This document shows, in pieces, positions 30,556 through 40,784 of a stretch of DNA of 64,000 bases; the stretch's first letter is position 1, and each line of letters opens with the position of its first letter. This stretch comes from a virus, in IMG/VR virus record IMGVR_UViG_3300035698_017497, positions 1 to 64,000 of that record. One strand, written 5' to 3'. A model generated the notes under the pieces. That model was not told the origin of the DNA. It was given only the letters and a program-made list of their open reading frames with translations, and searched no databases. Position numbers and translations under genes: made by a program.

Positions 30556-31038
30556 ATGCTGTACACGAACAACACGAAAAAGGCAGTGCCGGTGTCAAAA
30601 CATCGCATGACTATCAAGTTATCACCAGGGAAGACTGTCAATCTTTCTCCAACAGACATAAGTAACTGTGGATCAAGCTTGCTTTTCCTAACTCAGGAAG
30701 GTTTGGATGAGAAAATTATTCCAGTTAAAGAGCGAATTGAGAAGATTAATATCGACGAAGACATTCAGCCTGACGCTCCTGAATCAGAAGAGATTTCAAT
30801 GGTTGAAGAAGAGCCTGCTGAACCCGATGCTGATGAAAATCAAGATCAAGAAAAAGAAGAAGAGTCTGAGGAAGTTGTCTCGGATCCAAGCAATGAAAAA
30901 GTAGACTCTGAAGAAGTAGACTCTGATGAAGAAGTCTATGATAAAGACGTCTCTGATGAAGAAGTCTATGATAAAGACGTTTCTGATGAAGAAGTCTCTG
31001 ATGAAGACAAAGATAGTGACGACCTAAACGAGGAGTAA
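30556..31038 (+). CDS. acidic-tailed hypothetical protein
   Basis: D/E-rich C-terminus. Confidence 0.65.
   Translation: MLYTNNTKKAVPVSKHRMTIKLSPGKTVNLSPTDISNCGSSLLFLTQEGLDEKIIPVKERIEKINIDEDIQPDAPESEEISMVEEEPAEPDADENQDQEKEEESEEVVSDPSNEKVDSEEVDSDEEVYDKDVSDEEVYDKDVSDEEVSDEDKDSDDLNEE
30901..31008 (+). repeat. coding tandem repeat (15/30 bp unit)
   Basis: CTCTGATGAAGAAGTCTATGATAAAGACGT repeated, encoding (SDEEVYDKDV)n. Confidence 0.85.
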
Positions 31039-31040
31039 TC

Positions 31041-31427
31041 TTGTTAGTAGACAATACAACTGACAGGGCTTTTACCTGTACGCTAAAACCTGGCGTGCAG
31101 GTAACTTTTAACCCTGGAACTCATGAGTATTCAAAAGATCAAGTTAGCGATATTGTGTCTAGGGCTAAATTTCTGCACATAATAGATGGTCGCGGAATTA
31201 TCGATGCTGATTTTGAGGTCGAACCTGCCGTAACTACTAATAATTCAGAAGTTAGCAGTGAAGATCCTACTGAATATATCGATATGAATGATGTTATAGA
31301 ATCCAAATCAAACGATACTGAATTGAACAATCTTGAGATAGACTTAGATACTTCAAATGATAAAGACTCAGAAGAAGTTGACAAAGAAGATGACAGTAAT
31401 GACTCAAGCGAAGAGGCTGAGGAATAA
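31041..31427 (+). CDS. acidic hypothetical protein, distant paralog of 30556..31038
   Basis: similar N-terminus (N.T.+A...L.PG); GGAG RBS. Confidence 0.6.
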   Translation: MLVDNTTDRAFTCTLKPGVQVTFNPGTHEYSKDQVSDIVSRAKFLHIIDGRGIIDADFEVEPAVTTNNSEVSSEDPTEYIDMNDVIESKSNDTELNNLEIDLDTSNDKDSEEVDKEDDSNDSSEEAEE

Positions 31428-31904
31428 ATGACGATCTCTGAATATACTACCCTGTTAAGGAATTATCTAAAAGATCACGCCGGACTTAATCGTCTGCTTG
31501 AATTTAAAGAAGAGAATACCGATTCTGAAATACAGATGTATATCCAACTTGCTATTGGTACGCTTAATTTTATACCTCCACACATTGCAACATGGACCGT
31601 GGACACTTTTCCGTTTCCAGCCCTCTTGATTAACCAGGCTACCATAGAGGCTCTTACGTCTAATGGTATAGTAAATTCACGTAACGAACTTCAGTATAAT
31701 AATGGAGGAGTTACAGTTAAAATTCCTAATGGAGATAAATACCTTTCTCAATTACAGTATTTATTTCGTAAGAATTCAGAAATGATCGGGATGTATAAAA
31801 CATATAAAGTTAATATAAATATGAATAACGCATATGGAGATATAGCGTCTCCGTATAGTTATTTAGAACAAGACCCATTTTATGGTGGTTCTTACTTAGT
31901 ATAG
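31428..31904 (+). CDS. putative head-tail adaptor
   Basis: position after capsid; LR.YLKD...N.L...E..D, NELQYNNGG pattern. Confidence 0.55.
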   Translation: MTISEYTTLLRNYLKDHAGLNRLLEFKEENTDSEIQMYIQLAIGTLNFIPPHIATWTVDTFPFPALLINQATIEALTSNGIVNSRNELQYNNGGVTVKIPNGDKYLSQLQYLFRKNSEMIGMYKTYKVNINMNNAYGDIASPYSYLEQDPFYGGSYLV

Positions 31905-31913
31905 GAGAGTGGC

Positions 31914-32585
31914 ATGTTTTCAGAAAAAGAATTTAGTATTTTGTCTAAAATTGATACCTTAGCTCAAGTAAAGCTTGCTGAAGAGGCTGGGCAGTTTGAC
32001 GAATCTCCAGATGCTATCGAGGGCGAGCAGGATGTCGTTGAGTCAGATGCAGAGGGAGACACTGTTGGTGCAAATATGGCCAAGAAAAAGCCTGATATAG
32101 CTGCCAAGCCTAAAGAGGAACCTGAAGAGGTTCCAGTAGAACAAGCTCCAGAGCTTTCTGCAGAACAACGTGCCGCACAGGTAGGCGTCCAAGCGGCTCA
32201 GGAATTTATCGGGATGGATATGATGAACGCTGCTATGAAAGGTGTTCCTGGAGCCACCGATGTTATAGCCCGCGTCGCTGGAGAGATAGCTGGAAAAGTT
32301 ACTGAAGCTACTCTTAAAAGCGCTAAAGCTGACGAATTTCTTGCACCACAAGGTGAAGAGGCTGGCACTGGAGAAGAAGATACGTCACTGAATACAGATG
32401 AAGACAATCAACCATCTGAAGAAAAACCAGTGGAAGGTGAAGAAGAGTCAACTCCTGAAGACGCAGTAGCAGATCAGGTTGTACCAGACAAGGCCAGTAA
32501 CGAGTCTCCACAAAAGGAGAAGTATCCTAAAAAGACCCCTAATGGTATCAGCAAAATGGCTAAACTTCAGTATTTGCTTAGCTAA
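31914..32585 (+). CDS. acidic hypothetical protein
   Basis: GGAG RBS; VKLAE motif. Confidence 0.6.
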   Translation: MFSEKEFSILSKIDTLAQVKLAEEAGQFDESPDAIEGEQDVVESDAEGDTVGANMAKKKPDIAAKPKEEPEEVPVEQAPELSAEQRAAQVGVQAAQEFIGMDMMNAAMKGVPGATDVIARVAGEIAGKVTEATLKSAKADEFLAPQGEEAGTGEEDTSLNTDEDNQPSEEKPVEGEEESTPEDAVADQVVPDKASNESPQKEKYPKKTPNGISKMAKLQYLLS

Positions 32586-32612
32586 CCCCGCTTTCTTTAA
32601 TTATACAATTAA

Positions 32613-32648
32613 GCCTACCGTCACCAAATGGTCGGTGGGCTTTTTTTT
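32613..32648 (+). terminator. intrinsic terminator
   Basis: GCCTACCG/CGGTGGGC followed by T8. Confidence 0.7.
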
Positions 32649-32658
32649 AGGAATATTC

Positions 32659-34065
32659 ATGAAAAAAATTGCCGCTACGCTTAAAAAGAATATTACGCTA
32701 GGTGAGCATCAGCAGAGAGTTGTTGACAAGCTTAAAAAGACTGATAGCTTACTTCTGTATCATAATCTTGGGTCCGGGAAGACACTGTCTTCTATGGCTG
32801 GAGCGTCTGGTGAGATATCTGTTATCACACCTGCAAGCTTAAGGATGAATTATAGTCAGGAATTAAGTAAATTTTTAAAAGATGTAAAAGGCTTCGATAT
32901 TAAATCGTACGAACAAGCCAATAAATTGCCTATAGCCGGTGATACACTTGTTGTGGATGAGGTCCACAGAATAGGTAACCAGCAATCCAAAAGAAGCAAA
33001 AGAATTAGATCGCTCAGTAAAGGATACGGAAAACGCATAGCACTTTCTGGGAGTCCTATCCTTAACCATCCTCACGAACTTGCTCCTATAATTAAGCTAC
33101 TTAATCCTGACGACGAAACAGTACCTTTAGCGCGTGGAGATTTCAATAAGAAATTTTTAGTAAAAAAGACTCCTCTATTAAATGCCTTATCCGAAGCTAT
33201 TTTCGGGATTGGAATTGGACCAGGCCAAGTTACTAAGGTTAAAAACGAAGAGGTATTAAAAAAAGCTCTCAAGGGTCGAGTTGACTACCACAACAATGTG
33301 GACCCATTAACATATCCCGAAGTAATCGAAAAAGATGTGGTCGTAGATTTGAGCAAAGAACATACAGATATGTATCACTGCATAGTTAACGAAGTGAGCC
33401 CTCTTATAGCTAGAAAAGTTAGGATGAATGTAACACTCAATTCGGAAGAGCTTAAAAAAGCTAAAGCATATATGAATTCTGCAAGACAGGCCTCAAATAC
33501 TACTGCGAAGTTTGGTAAAAATGTACCGTCTAATAAGCTTATAAGGATAGCCGAAGACGCCGCAAGTATGAAGAAAGATGATAAGAATTTTAAAGGCGTA
33601 GTCTATTCAAACTATCTACAGTCTGGCGTAGACGAGCTCGATAAAGAGTTTAAAACAAGAGGGCTAAAGTATACACAGTATACTGGTAAGATGAATGAAA
33701 AACAAAAGGCTGAAGCCATTTCAGAATACAATAAGGGTAAGGTTGACGGTCTTATAGTAACTTCCGCTGGGACTGAGGGATTAAATCTCAAAGGCACTAA
33801 GCTAATGCAAATCACAGAACCCCACTGGAACCAATCAAAAATAAATCAAGTAATAGGTAGAGGTGTTCGCTTTGGATCGCACCTACATCTTCCAGAAGCA
33901 GAGCGAAAAGTCCTTGTTAATCATTACCTTGGTCAGCCAAAACGCAGATGGTATAATTTAAAAAAACCAACGGGAGCTGATGAGTATTTAAAAAGCTTAA
34001 GTAAGAAGAAGCAAGAGGTTATCGATAAATTCCTTAAAATTTTGCAAGAAGAAGGCTCTGAATAA
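32659..34065 (+). CDS. SNF2-like superfamily 2 helicase
   Basis: GSGKT, DEVH, SGSP, EGLNL, WN....QVIGRGVR; true start probably 32659 (after the terminator). Confidence 0.88.
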   Translation: MKKIAATLKKNITLGEHQQRVVDKLKKTDSLLLYHNLGSGKTLSSMAGASGEISVITPASLRMNYSQELSKFLKDVKGFDIKSYEQANKLPIAGDTLVVDEVHRIGNQQSKRSKRIRSLSKGYGKRIALSGSPILNHPHELAPIIKLLNPDDETVPLARGDFNKKFLVKKTPLLNALSEAIFGIGIGPGQVTKVKNEEVLKKALKGRVDYHNNVDPLTYPEVIEKDVVVDLSKEHTDMYHCIVNEVSPLIARKVRMNVTLNSEELKKAKAYMNSARQASNTTAKFGKNVPSNKLIRIAEDAASMKKDDKNFKGVVYSNYLQSGVDELDKEFKTRGLKYTQYTGKMNEKQKAEAISEYNKGKVDGLIVTSAGTEGLNLKGTKLMQITEPHWNQSKINQVIGRGVRFGSHLHLPEAERKVLVNHYLGQPKRRWYNLKKPTGADEYLKSLSKKKQEVIDKFLKILQEEGSE

Positions 34066-36389
34066 TGCTTATTCAAAATATAGATATAGATCGTACCTAT
34101 CAAAATACATCCATTGTAAATGCTGACATTGTACTCGAGGGGATAGAGGTTGTATCCAGTTACAAGTATAAGATTTATGTTAGTTATGATACTGTATCTG
34201 ATTTTAGAGCCCTTGGTGAAGTTGACGGGTCCACATTAAGCTCAACAGATCCAGTGATTGCATACGAAGATATCTTCAGAGAATATAATCCTAACAGGGT
34301 TAGATATTATAAAATAGAAGGTATTTTAAAAACTGTAAATGTTATTGAATATACTTCGCCAATGGGATTCATAGGATCTGCAACTGACGGTATCCACGAT
34401 ACTATCGCCTACGCTGAAGGACTCCTTAATCAACATTATATCGGAACTCCATGTTTATTAATGCGTAGAGTCGAGCATGAGGTTGGTAGAAGATGTCCAG
34501 ATTGCTGGGATCGTGAAACAAAACAAATTACAAAAAGTCATTGTGCTACATGTTATGGAACATCATTTGTCGGCGGGTACTATCCTCCTATAGAGGTACA
34601 GGTTGCTATAGATGCTGAGCCTAAGTCTTCGATGGTCGAAGATGCTGGTGCGAATGTTTATGATAAAAAAAGGGCAAGAGTCTCAAGAGCTCCAATTGTA
34701 AGGCCTAAAGATTTAATTATAGATAGAGATACCGGTCAGAGATATATGGTTGTTGAGATGGTTGAAACGACCAAGCTCCCACAGATATCAAATTATACTC
34801 GTCAGTATTCTGATGAGAACGGTATAATGAGTCAGATATTCTTCCTAAAAGAATTAGAGTCATCTGATATAAGGTACGAGATTGACCCTGACCTTGTTAC
34901 AAGTGCAGGTGGAGTTACCCCATATCACTTCTTAATTGGATCCAGTAATATTGGCACCCCAACACCCACTGGATATAAATTTGTAATACCTTCCGGAACA
35001 CAGCATACAATTACAGTTACTTTAGATGGAAATACTACGTCAATCCCGGGAACCGGAACATTAATACCTGACGGGTATGATAGATTGTTTGAGTTCACTG
35101 CTGATGCCGGATATATCATATCTAAAGTCGAGATCGATGGAGTAGATTTAGGCGCAATAGAAAGCTACCTATTCGAGGCCGTCACTGAGAATCACACCAT
35201 AGAGCTTTTCGCTGAGTCTGCCGAGGTATTTGACATAACGGCAACCTCTGATGTACATGGGGCCATAGCACCATCTGGAGTCTCTGAGGTAACCTACGGA
35301 AACGATCTGGAATATCTATTTAGCACAGATGTTGGATATAAAGTTGACGACATTGTTGTCGATGCCGTATCTCAAGGAGTGCTTGGTAGCTACACTTTTG
35401 AAAATGTTATTGCAGACCATACGATCCACCTTGGAATTTCTGCAATTGTAGGATACACAATAGTGAGTTCTAAAAATGATGGTGGCAATATTACACCTTT
35501 GGGTAACGTGGCTGCACTGGAAAATGATAATGTCACATTTGACATAGTTCCAAATGCTGGATATGTGATCTCAGACGTTCTTGTCGATCTAGTATCTCAA
35601 GGAACTCCGAGTCAATACATATTTTATGGGATTAGTGCTGACCATACAATCGAGGTTGTTTTTTCAGCAATACCAGTCCATGTGATTATTGCTACAGATG
35701 ATCACCATTCCACCTTTTCTCCTGCGGGAATAGTTCACGTCACTGACGGTGACGATCAAGCCTTCTCAGCTATCGGTAGTACTGGGTATGAGATTGCAGA
35801 GCTGATTGTGGATAGCGTATCTCAAGGCAAAATAACTAACTATACATTCCTAAATGTTACCGAGGATCATACGATAGAGGTTACAAGTGAAGTTGGTGGA
35901 TCTGGTAATGGTGAGTTTATTTATCAGACACTAATAGTTACCTCGAATGGACAAACTGAATTTACGCTCTCAGACACCCCTTTAGACCTTGATGAAGTAT
36001 CTATGATTGTTTCTGACGGCGGAGTCGAGTTGGCTAATGGTATAGATTTTTCCGTTCTGGGGACTACGGTAACATACCTTCTCGGAACACCAGCTTTTGC
36101 AATAGGTGAAAAAGTAATCTTTAAGTATTTTACATCTGTAATAGAAGATGGTGAAGGCGACTTTTTTTACCAGACTGAAGTTGTAGCATCTGACGCTCAG
36201 GCAACATTTACTCTTGATCAGGCGCCTCTTAATGATAATGAGGTTGCGATGGTTGTATCTGATGGTGGAGTAGAGCTAGTTAACGGTGTTGACTTTTCTG
36301 TATCGAGCACTACTGTAACATATTTACTTGGTTCTCCTGCATTCTTAACAGGGGAAAAAATAATATTTAAGTATTACGTAGCGCCATAA
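34065..36389 (+). CDS. neck/head-completion protein fused to Ig-like repeat domains
   Basis: CPDCWD...CATCYGT.F.GGY N-terminal domain; four G.I.P.G...GY.I....VD...YTF..V..DHTI repeats; two C-terminal repeats. Confidence 0.6.
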   Translation: MLIQNIDIDRTYQNTSIVNADIVLEGIEVVSSYKYKIYVSYDTVSDFRALGEVDGSTLSSTDPVIAYEDIFREYNPNRVRYYKIEGILKTVNVIEYTSPMGFIGSATDGIHDTIAYAEGLLNQHYIGTPCLLMRRVEHEVGRRCPDCWDRETKQITKSHCATCYGTSFVGGYYPPIEVQVAIDAEPKSSMVEDAGANVYDKKRARVSRAPIVRPKDLIIDRDTGQRYMVVEMVETTKLPQISNYTRQYSDENGIMSQIFFLKELESSDIRYEIDPDLVTSAGGVTPYHFLIGSSNIGTPTPTGYKFVIPSGTQHTITVTLDGNTTSIPGTGTLIPDGYDRLFEFTADAGYIISKVEIDGVDLGAIESYLFEAVTENHTIELFAESAEVFDITATSDVHGAIAPSGVSEVTYGNDLEYLFSTDVGYKVDDIVVDAVSQGVLGSYTFENVIADHTIHLGISAIVGYTIVSSKNDGGNITPLGNVAALENDNVTFDIVPNAGYVISDVLVDLVSQGTPSQYIFYGISADHTIEVVFSAIPVHVIIATDDHHSTFSPAGIVHVTDGDDQAFSAIGSTGYEIAELIVDSVSQGKITNYTFLNVTEDHTIEVTSEVGGSGNGEFIYQTLIVTSNGQTEFTLSDTPLDLDEVSMIVSDGGVELANGIDFSVLGTTVTYLLGTPAFAIGEKVIFKYFTSVIEDGEGDFFYQTEVVASDAQATFTLDQAPLNDNEVAMVVSDGGVELVNGVDFSVSSTTVTYLLGSPAFLTGEKIIFKYYVAP

Positions 36390-36435
36390 TAATGTATTTT
36401 ATATATAATGCCATTAAGATAAGGGAAGATGGATT

Positions 36436-36966
36436 ATGCCTAAAATTTTAGGAAAATGGATAGCTGATAACGCAGTTACTAATGATAAATCAGCCGATAT
36501 GGATACCAGCCATATTAAAATGAGAAATACAGCTGGTGTAGGCGACCCTGAAGATCTTAAAATTTCTGAGCTTACAGAGGAGACAATTCCAGCTATTGGC
36601 GATTGGATTCTTGGTGAAACGGCAGAAGGCGTTTTAGTTAAATACGACGTTGGGGATTTGCCCAGCATATCTAAAGTCCCGGTCGCTGTCCCTGCATCTC
36701 AGACAATAGTAGTAAGTTCTGTCGCAATTGAGAGAAAAAGTGTTAAGTGGATTTTAACCGTGGAGGACTCAACCAATTCATTAATTAACGTAAGAGAGCT
36801 GCTGTTCGTCAACAATGCGAGCCCAGATACATTAACTTATGGTGTGGTTGGGGATACTATCGACTTCACAGTACAGGTTACAGTTGGCGCGGCTATCGAG
36901 TTGAAAATTACAAACAATACAATCGTAGAATTATCGGCATCGTTTGCGATAATCACGTGTTTATAA
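36436..36966 (+). CDS. virion fibre/decoration protein
   Basis: shares a ~65 aa module with 38591..39544. Confidence 0.55.
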   Translation: MPKILGKWIADNAVTNDKSADMDTSHIKMRNTAGVGDPEDLKISELTEETIPAIGDWILGETAEGVLVKYDVGDLPSISKVPVAVPASQTIVVSSVAIERKSVKWILTVEDSTNSLINVRELLFVNNASPDTLTYGVVGDTIDFTVQVTVGAAIELKITNNTIVELSASFAIITCL

Positions 36967-36984
36967 ACTATAAAGGAAAATATT

Positions 36985-38520
36985 ATGGCTGCTAAATTTA
37001 GGACAGAGGAAGGCTTTTCCATTGCTGGTGCAGTGGAACAACTACAAGGGTCGGTAGACCCATCAGCCGCTAGTGGAATAGTGGCATCGGTAGGATCACT
37101 TTATCAGAGAACGGATGGAACCCTTTGGAGAAAGTCTGGAGCTGGTGATACAGCTTGGACAAAGCTTGGAGATGATGGTGCCACGTCGTCTGAGGATACT
37201 TTTCAGAACACGTTTACCGGCAAAACTGGTACTGGTTCTGAAAATCCAACATACGCCTCAGCTACAGTCGTAACGCAATCCGGCGATCTTGAAGCTGCCA
37301 TTGGAGAACTTGACGCAAAGCTTGGTCCAATTGAAGCAAGTGCTGATGTTACAGATGCTACAAATGTTGCCGCTGCTGGAGCCGTCATGGAGAGCGACGC
37401 AACTGTAGCCGCAATGGGTTTTGTTATTGACGAAGATGACATGACGTCAGACTCAGATACTAAAATTCCAACACAGCAATCAGTTAAAGCCTACGTCGAT
37501 GCTGTGGCAGCATCCGAGATGGCGTATAAGGGTGGGTACAATGCGTCCACTAATACGCCAGATCTTGACACTTCGCCGTCTGGTATTTCAATTGGTGACA
37601 TGTATACTGTCACTGTTGCTGGTACATTTTTCGCAACAGCTCTTGAAGCTGGCGATGTACTTATTGCTGAACAGACTAATCCGACTCTTGAAAGCCATTG
37701 GACAATTGTGCAAGCAGACATGAATGCTGCATCAATAAAATCTGCTTATGAGTCAAATGCTGACACTAATGCATTTACAGATGCTGCTTCATCAAAATTG
37801 AGTGGAATTGAAGCGAGTGCCGACGTTACAGATGCTGCAAATGTAAACTCTGCTGGCGCAGTGATGGAAGCTGATTATAATGCTAATACAATTCTAGCAG
37901 CAACTTCAGACGATACTCCCGCCGCACTAACAATACCTGAACAGACTATTGTAGGTCGTATTACTTCTGGAGCTATCGACGCTCTTACCGCAACCGAAGT
38001 GCGTACACTTATCAATGTTGAAGACGGTGCTGATGTTACTGATGCAACAAATGTAGATTCTGCTGGCGCTACCATGAACACTGATACGGACGTTTCGGCT
38101 AACTCCTGGGTTTTGGACGAGGATGCTTTAACTTCTAATTCTAATACCAAGGTTCCTACTCAACAATCTGTTAAAGCTTATGTTGATACTGAACTTGCAG
38201 AAGCTTACACTAAAGTAACAGGTACAGTTCTCGTATCGACTACTACTGATGTCGATGTGATACCTACTGCGAATATTATCGGTGTTGAGTGGGAAATATG
38301 TCTATACGAGACATCTACTCCGGCTAATATGTATTCATGTAAAGTTTTTGCCCATACTGATGGCACTTCAGTTGATAATGCTGAGTACGCTGTGCTTGAA
38401 CTTGGGACACCTCCTACGGTTGTGGTTACTGTAGCTATCGACGCTGCTAATCTTGATCTAAGAATTAATTCAAGTGTAGCTTCCACCTATAGGATTAATA
38501 GAAGAGAAATTAGAGCTTAA
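36985..38520 (+). CDS. fibre-like virion protein with ADVTDA.NV..AGA repeats
   Basis: three internal repeats and a duplicated DED...SxSxTK.PTQQSVKAYVD. Confidence 0.65.
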   Translation: MAAKFRTEEGFSIAGAVEQLQGSVDPSAASGIVASVGSLYQRTDGTLWRKSGAGDTAWTKLGDDGATSSEDTFQNTFTGKTGTGSENPTYASATVVTQSGDLEAAIGELDAKLGPIEASADVTDATNVAAAGAVMESDATVAAMGFVIDEDDMTSDSDTKIPTQQSVKAYVDAVAASEMAYKGGYNASTNTPDLDTSPSGISIGDMYTVTVAGTFFATALEAGDVLIAEQTNPTLESHWTIVQADMNAASIKSAYESNADTNAFTDAASSKLSGIEASADVTDAANVNSAGAVMEADYNANTILAATSDDTPAALTIPEQTIVGRITSGAIDALTATEVRTLINVEDGADVTDATNVDSAGATMNTDTDVSANSWVLDEDALTSNSNTKVPTQQSVKAYVDTELAEAYTKVTGTVLVSTTTDVDVIPTANIIGVEWEICLYETSTPANMYSCKVFAHTDGTSVDNAEYAVLELGTPPTVVVTVAIDAANLDLRINSSVASTYRINRREIRA

Positions 38521-38590
38521 GTAATATAAAGCCCTGGGGGACATTCCTCAGGGCTAACTTTTGTGGGATAGTGAACCAAAAGGATAGAAA

Positions 38591-39544
38591 ATGGCTATAT
38601 CAAAAGCTTTTAGAGTAAAGGATGGCTTCTCGATACAGGACGAGGTCTATATAATATATGGAACCTCGACCCCGGTAGCAGGAGTCGTGGCTGACACTGG
38701 GTCTTTATACATGATGAAGACAGGTGGCGGTGTAGGTACTCTTTTTGTCAAGTATGGCAGTGCGAATACTGACTGGGTACAACTTTATGATAAAGTTTCT
38801 AATTTTTCAGCATCTATAGCCCCTACAGTCAATGACGATATCACAAATGATTATCAGCCTGGATCTTTATGGGCTGATACTACTGCTGACAAAGCATACA
38901 TATGCCTTGATAACACAGACGGCGCAGCTGTATGGAACGAAATGGCAAACGCTACTCATACTGGTGAAGTTACTGGAAGTACGGAATTGACAATAGCGAA
39001 TGACGCTGTTACAAATGCCAAGGCTGCCAATATGGCTACCGATACAATCAAGATGCGTAACACGGCTGGAACAGGTGATCCTGAAGACGTGAAGGTATCA
39101 ACGTTAACAGAGGAGCCAGCACCCACAACAGGTGATTGGATCCTTGGTGAGACTGCCGAGGGTGACCTTGTCAAGTATGATGTTGGTGATTTACCTTATA
39201 TTGCAAAACCAACACTGACCAAGACAATAGTTATAGAGACTCCAGCGCTCAATGATAAAATACCAGTATTTAGAACTGATGTAGCTATCACAATTGTCGA
39301 AGTCATAGGTGCAAATAATGAAGCTTCAAAAGATCTTGACCTTGAATTAAGACATTCAACATCGTTAACAACGGCAGGAACCTCAGTAGGTACGGTGGCA
39401 ACCCTTGCCTCAGTAACTGGTACAGCATTTACTCTCGGTGGGGATACTACTATCCCTGCAAATAGCTGGTTGATACTTGATGTAGACGAGGCTACAACAG
39501 CTCCGGCTATGGTTGTTGTTGATATTAGATATACTGAAGATTAA
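38591..39544 (+). CDS. fibre-like virion protein
   Basis: N-terminus similar to 36985 (KFR..GFSI); APTVNDD...GSLW module. Confidence 0.65.
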   Translation: MAISKAFRVKDGFSIQDEVYIIYGTSTPVAGVVADTGSLYMMKTGGGVGTLFVKYGSANTDWVQLYDKVSNFSASIAPTVNDDITNDYQPGSLWADTTADKAYICLDNTDGAAVWNEMANATHTGEVTGSTELTIANDAVTNAKAANMATDTIKMRNTAGTGDPEDVKVSTLTEEPAPTTGDWILGETAEGDLVKYDVGDLPYIAKPTLTKTIVIETPALNDKIPVFRTDVAITIVEVIGANNEASKDLDLELRHSTSLTTAGTSVGTVATLASVTGTAFTLGGDTTIPANSWLILDVDEATTAPAMVVVDIRYTED

Positions 39545-39565
39545 ATTTAAAACTAGGGAGATATT

Positions 39566-39868
39566 ATGGCTGCAGCAGCGGTAGGAACAAAGAGAGTCTT
39601 GATACCAGGTACTAGGGTTCCTAACAAAATTATTCTTGACTCAAATGAATTACATACTGGCAAAGGTGAGCTGATAGTCAAGAGTGTTGTTGCTATTGAT
39701 AATGGTGATAATACATATTAATATGTAGAGATTGAGGATGGCGCAGACTCGATATCAAAAATAGATCTTGCAAAGCTTCATAGCAAAACGTTTAACGGTA
39801 TACTGTTTGCAGATCTTCTCATTGCGCATAGCAAGATATGTGATCAGTTATGGGCCGAAACACTTTAA
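39566..39868 (+). pseudogene. 100-codon gene interrupted by an in-frame TAA
   Basis: GGGAG RBS + ATG 39566; TAA at 39719-39721; same frame continues YVEIEDGADSISKIDLAKLH...WAETL*. Confidence 0.55.
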
Positions 39869-39939
39869 GAAGAGTTATACAAAGGAATCGAATAAACAGG
39901 AGATTCCGAAGAGTAAGATCAGTATACAAAAGGAGCAGT

Positions 39940-40200
39940 ATGAAATATAATGTATCAAGGCAAGAATATATCAACGGAAGCTTGGTAGCTATTTCGATTG
40001 GGTATCTGACGACTAGCACTGATGTTATTAATTTTAATAACGCACACGTTGCCGCGTTTGATGACTGGTTGGCAGTGAATAGGCACCTTTTAGATGCTAC
40101 TGCTACAATAGATAATAGAACGTATATAGCTATTGGTGAGCATGATGAAGGATTAGGATTACCAGAAATTACCGACTTTGCAAATCCGGAAGGCTTATAG
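39940..40200 (+). CDS. hypothetical protein
   Basis: AGGAG RBS before ATG 39940. Confidence 0.55.
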   Translation: MKYNVSRQEYINGSLVAISIGYLTTSTDVINFNNAHVAAFDDWLAVNRHLLDATATIDNRTYIAIGEHDEGLGLPEITDFANPEGL

Positions 40201-40202
40201 TA

Positions 40203-40775
40203 ATGGCTACCCAAGATGTTACTGGTGATTATTTTAAGCTCCACTTAGTCAACACCATTGATCAAGGTTACGCTAAAAATGGCAACTTTGGCGTGGGTTG
40301 GTATCGTAGGCATACTGCGAACTATTATACGAAGGAGATTTTGCTTGCGATAGACGTATCGGCTATTGCTTCAGGGTCAACGGTTACCGATGTAGCATTC
40401 AGCTGGGATATTCAATCCAACAGCCTTGGTTACAACGCTATGACAGCGGAGGTTCAAGAACAGGATAAAGGCAACTGGACTGACACTGGTACTACTCCAA
40501 AATATAGTACATTCTCAGCCACGTCATGGCCAACCGCATTGGCGACAATGGGCGGCTTGACCTTAACTTCCTCTGGAACCCAGACTTTTACATCGAATAC
40601 AGGACTAGAAGCATTGTTTCAAGATTTCGTCGACGGGGTGAAGACCGACCACGACGGAATAATATTAGCGATGAACACTAACACCACAGCATGGTGGCTG
40701 GATGTAAACAATCTCCAGGTAATTGTTACATATGATCCACCAGCAGGCGGTAGAAGAATTTTTATAACAGGGTAA
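40203..40775 (+). CDS. beta-rich virion protein
   Basis: 190 aa in the structural block. Confidence 0.55.
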   Translation: MATQDVTGDYFKLHLVNTIDQGYAKNGNFGVGWYRRHTANYYTKEILLAIDVSAIASGSTVTDVAFSWDIQSNSLGYNAMTAEVQEQDKGNWTDTGTTPKYSTFSATSWPTALATMGGLTLTSSGTQTFTSNTGLEALFQDFVDGVKTDHDGIILAMNTNTTAWWLDVNNLQVIVTYDPPAGGRRIFITG

Positions 40776-40784
40776 GGATTTATT

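Noticed and set aside
1901-39868. Genome-wide stop-codon reassignment
   Set aside because: The interrupting stops differ (TAG at 2084, TAA at 39719), and TAG ends normal genes (11689, 14070, 31904, 57370); long genes read through under code 11.
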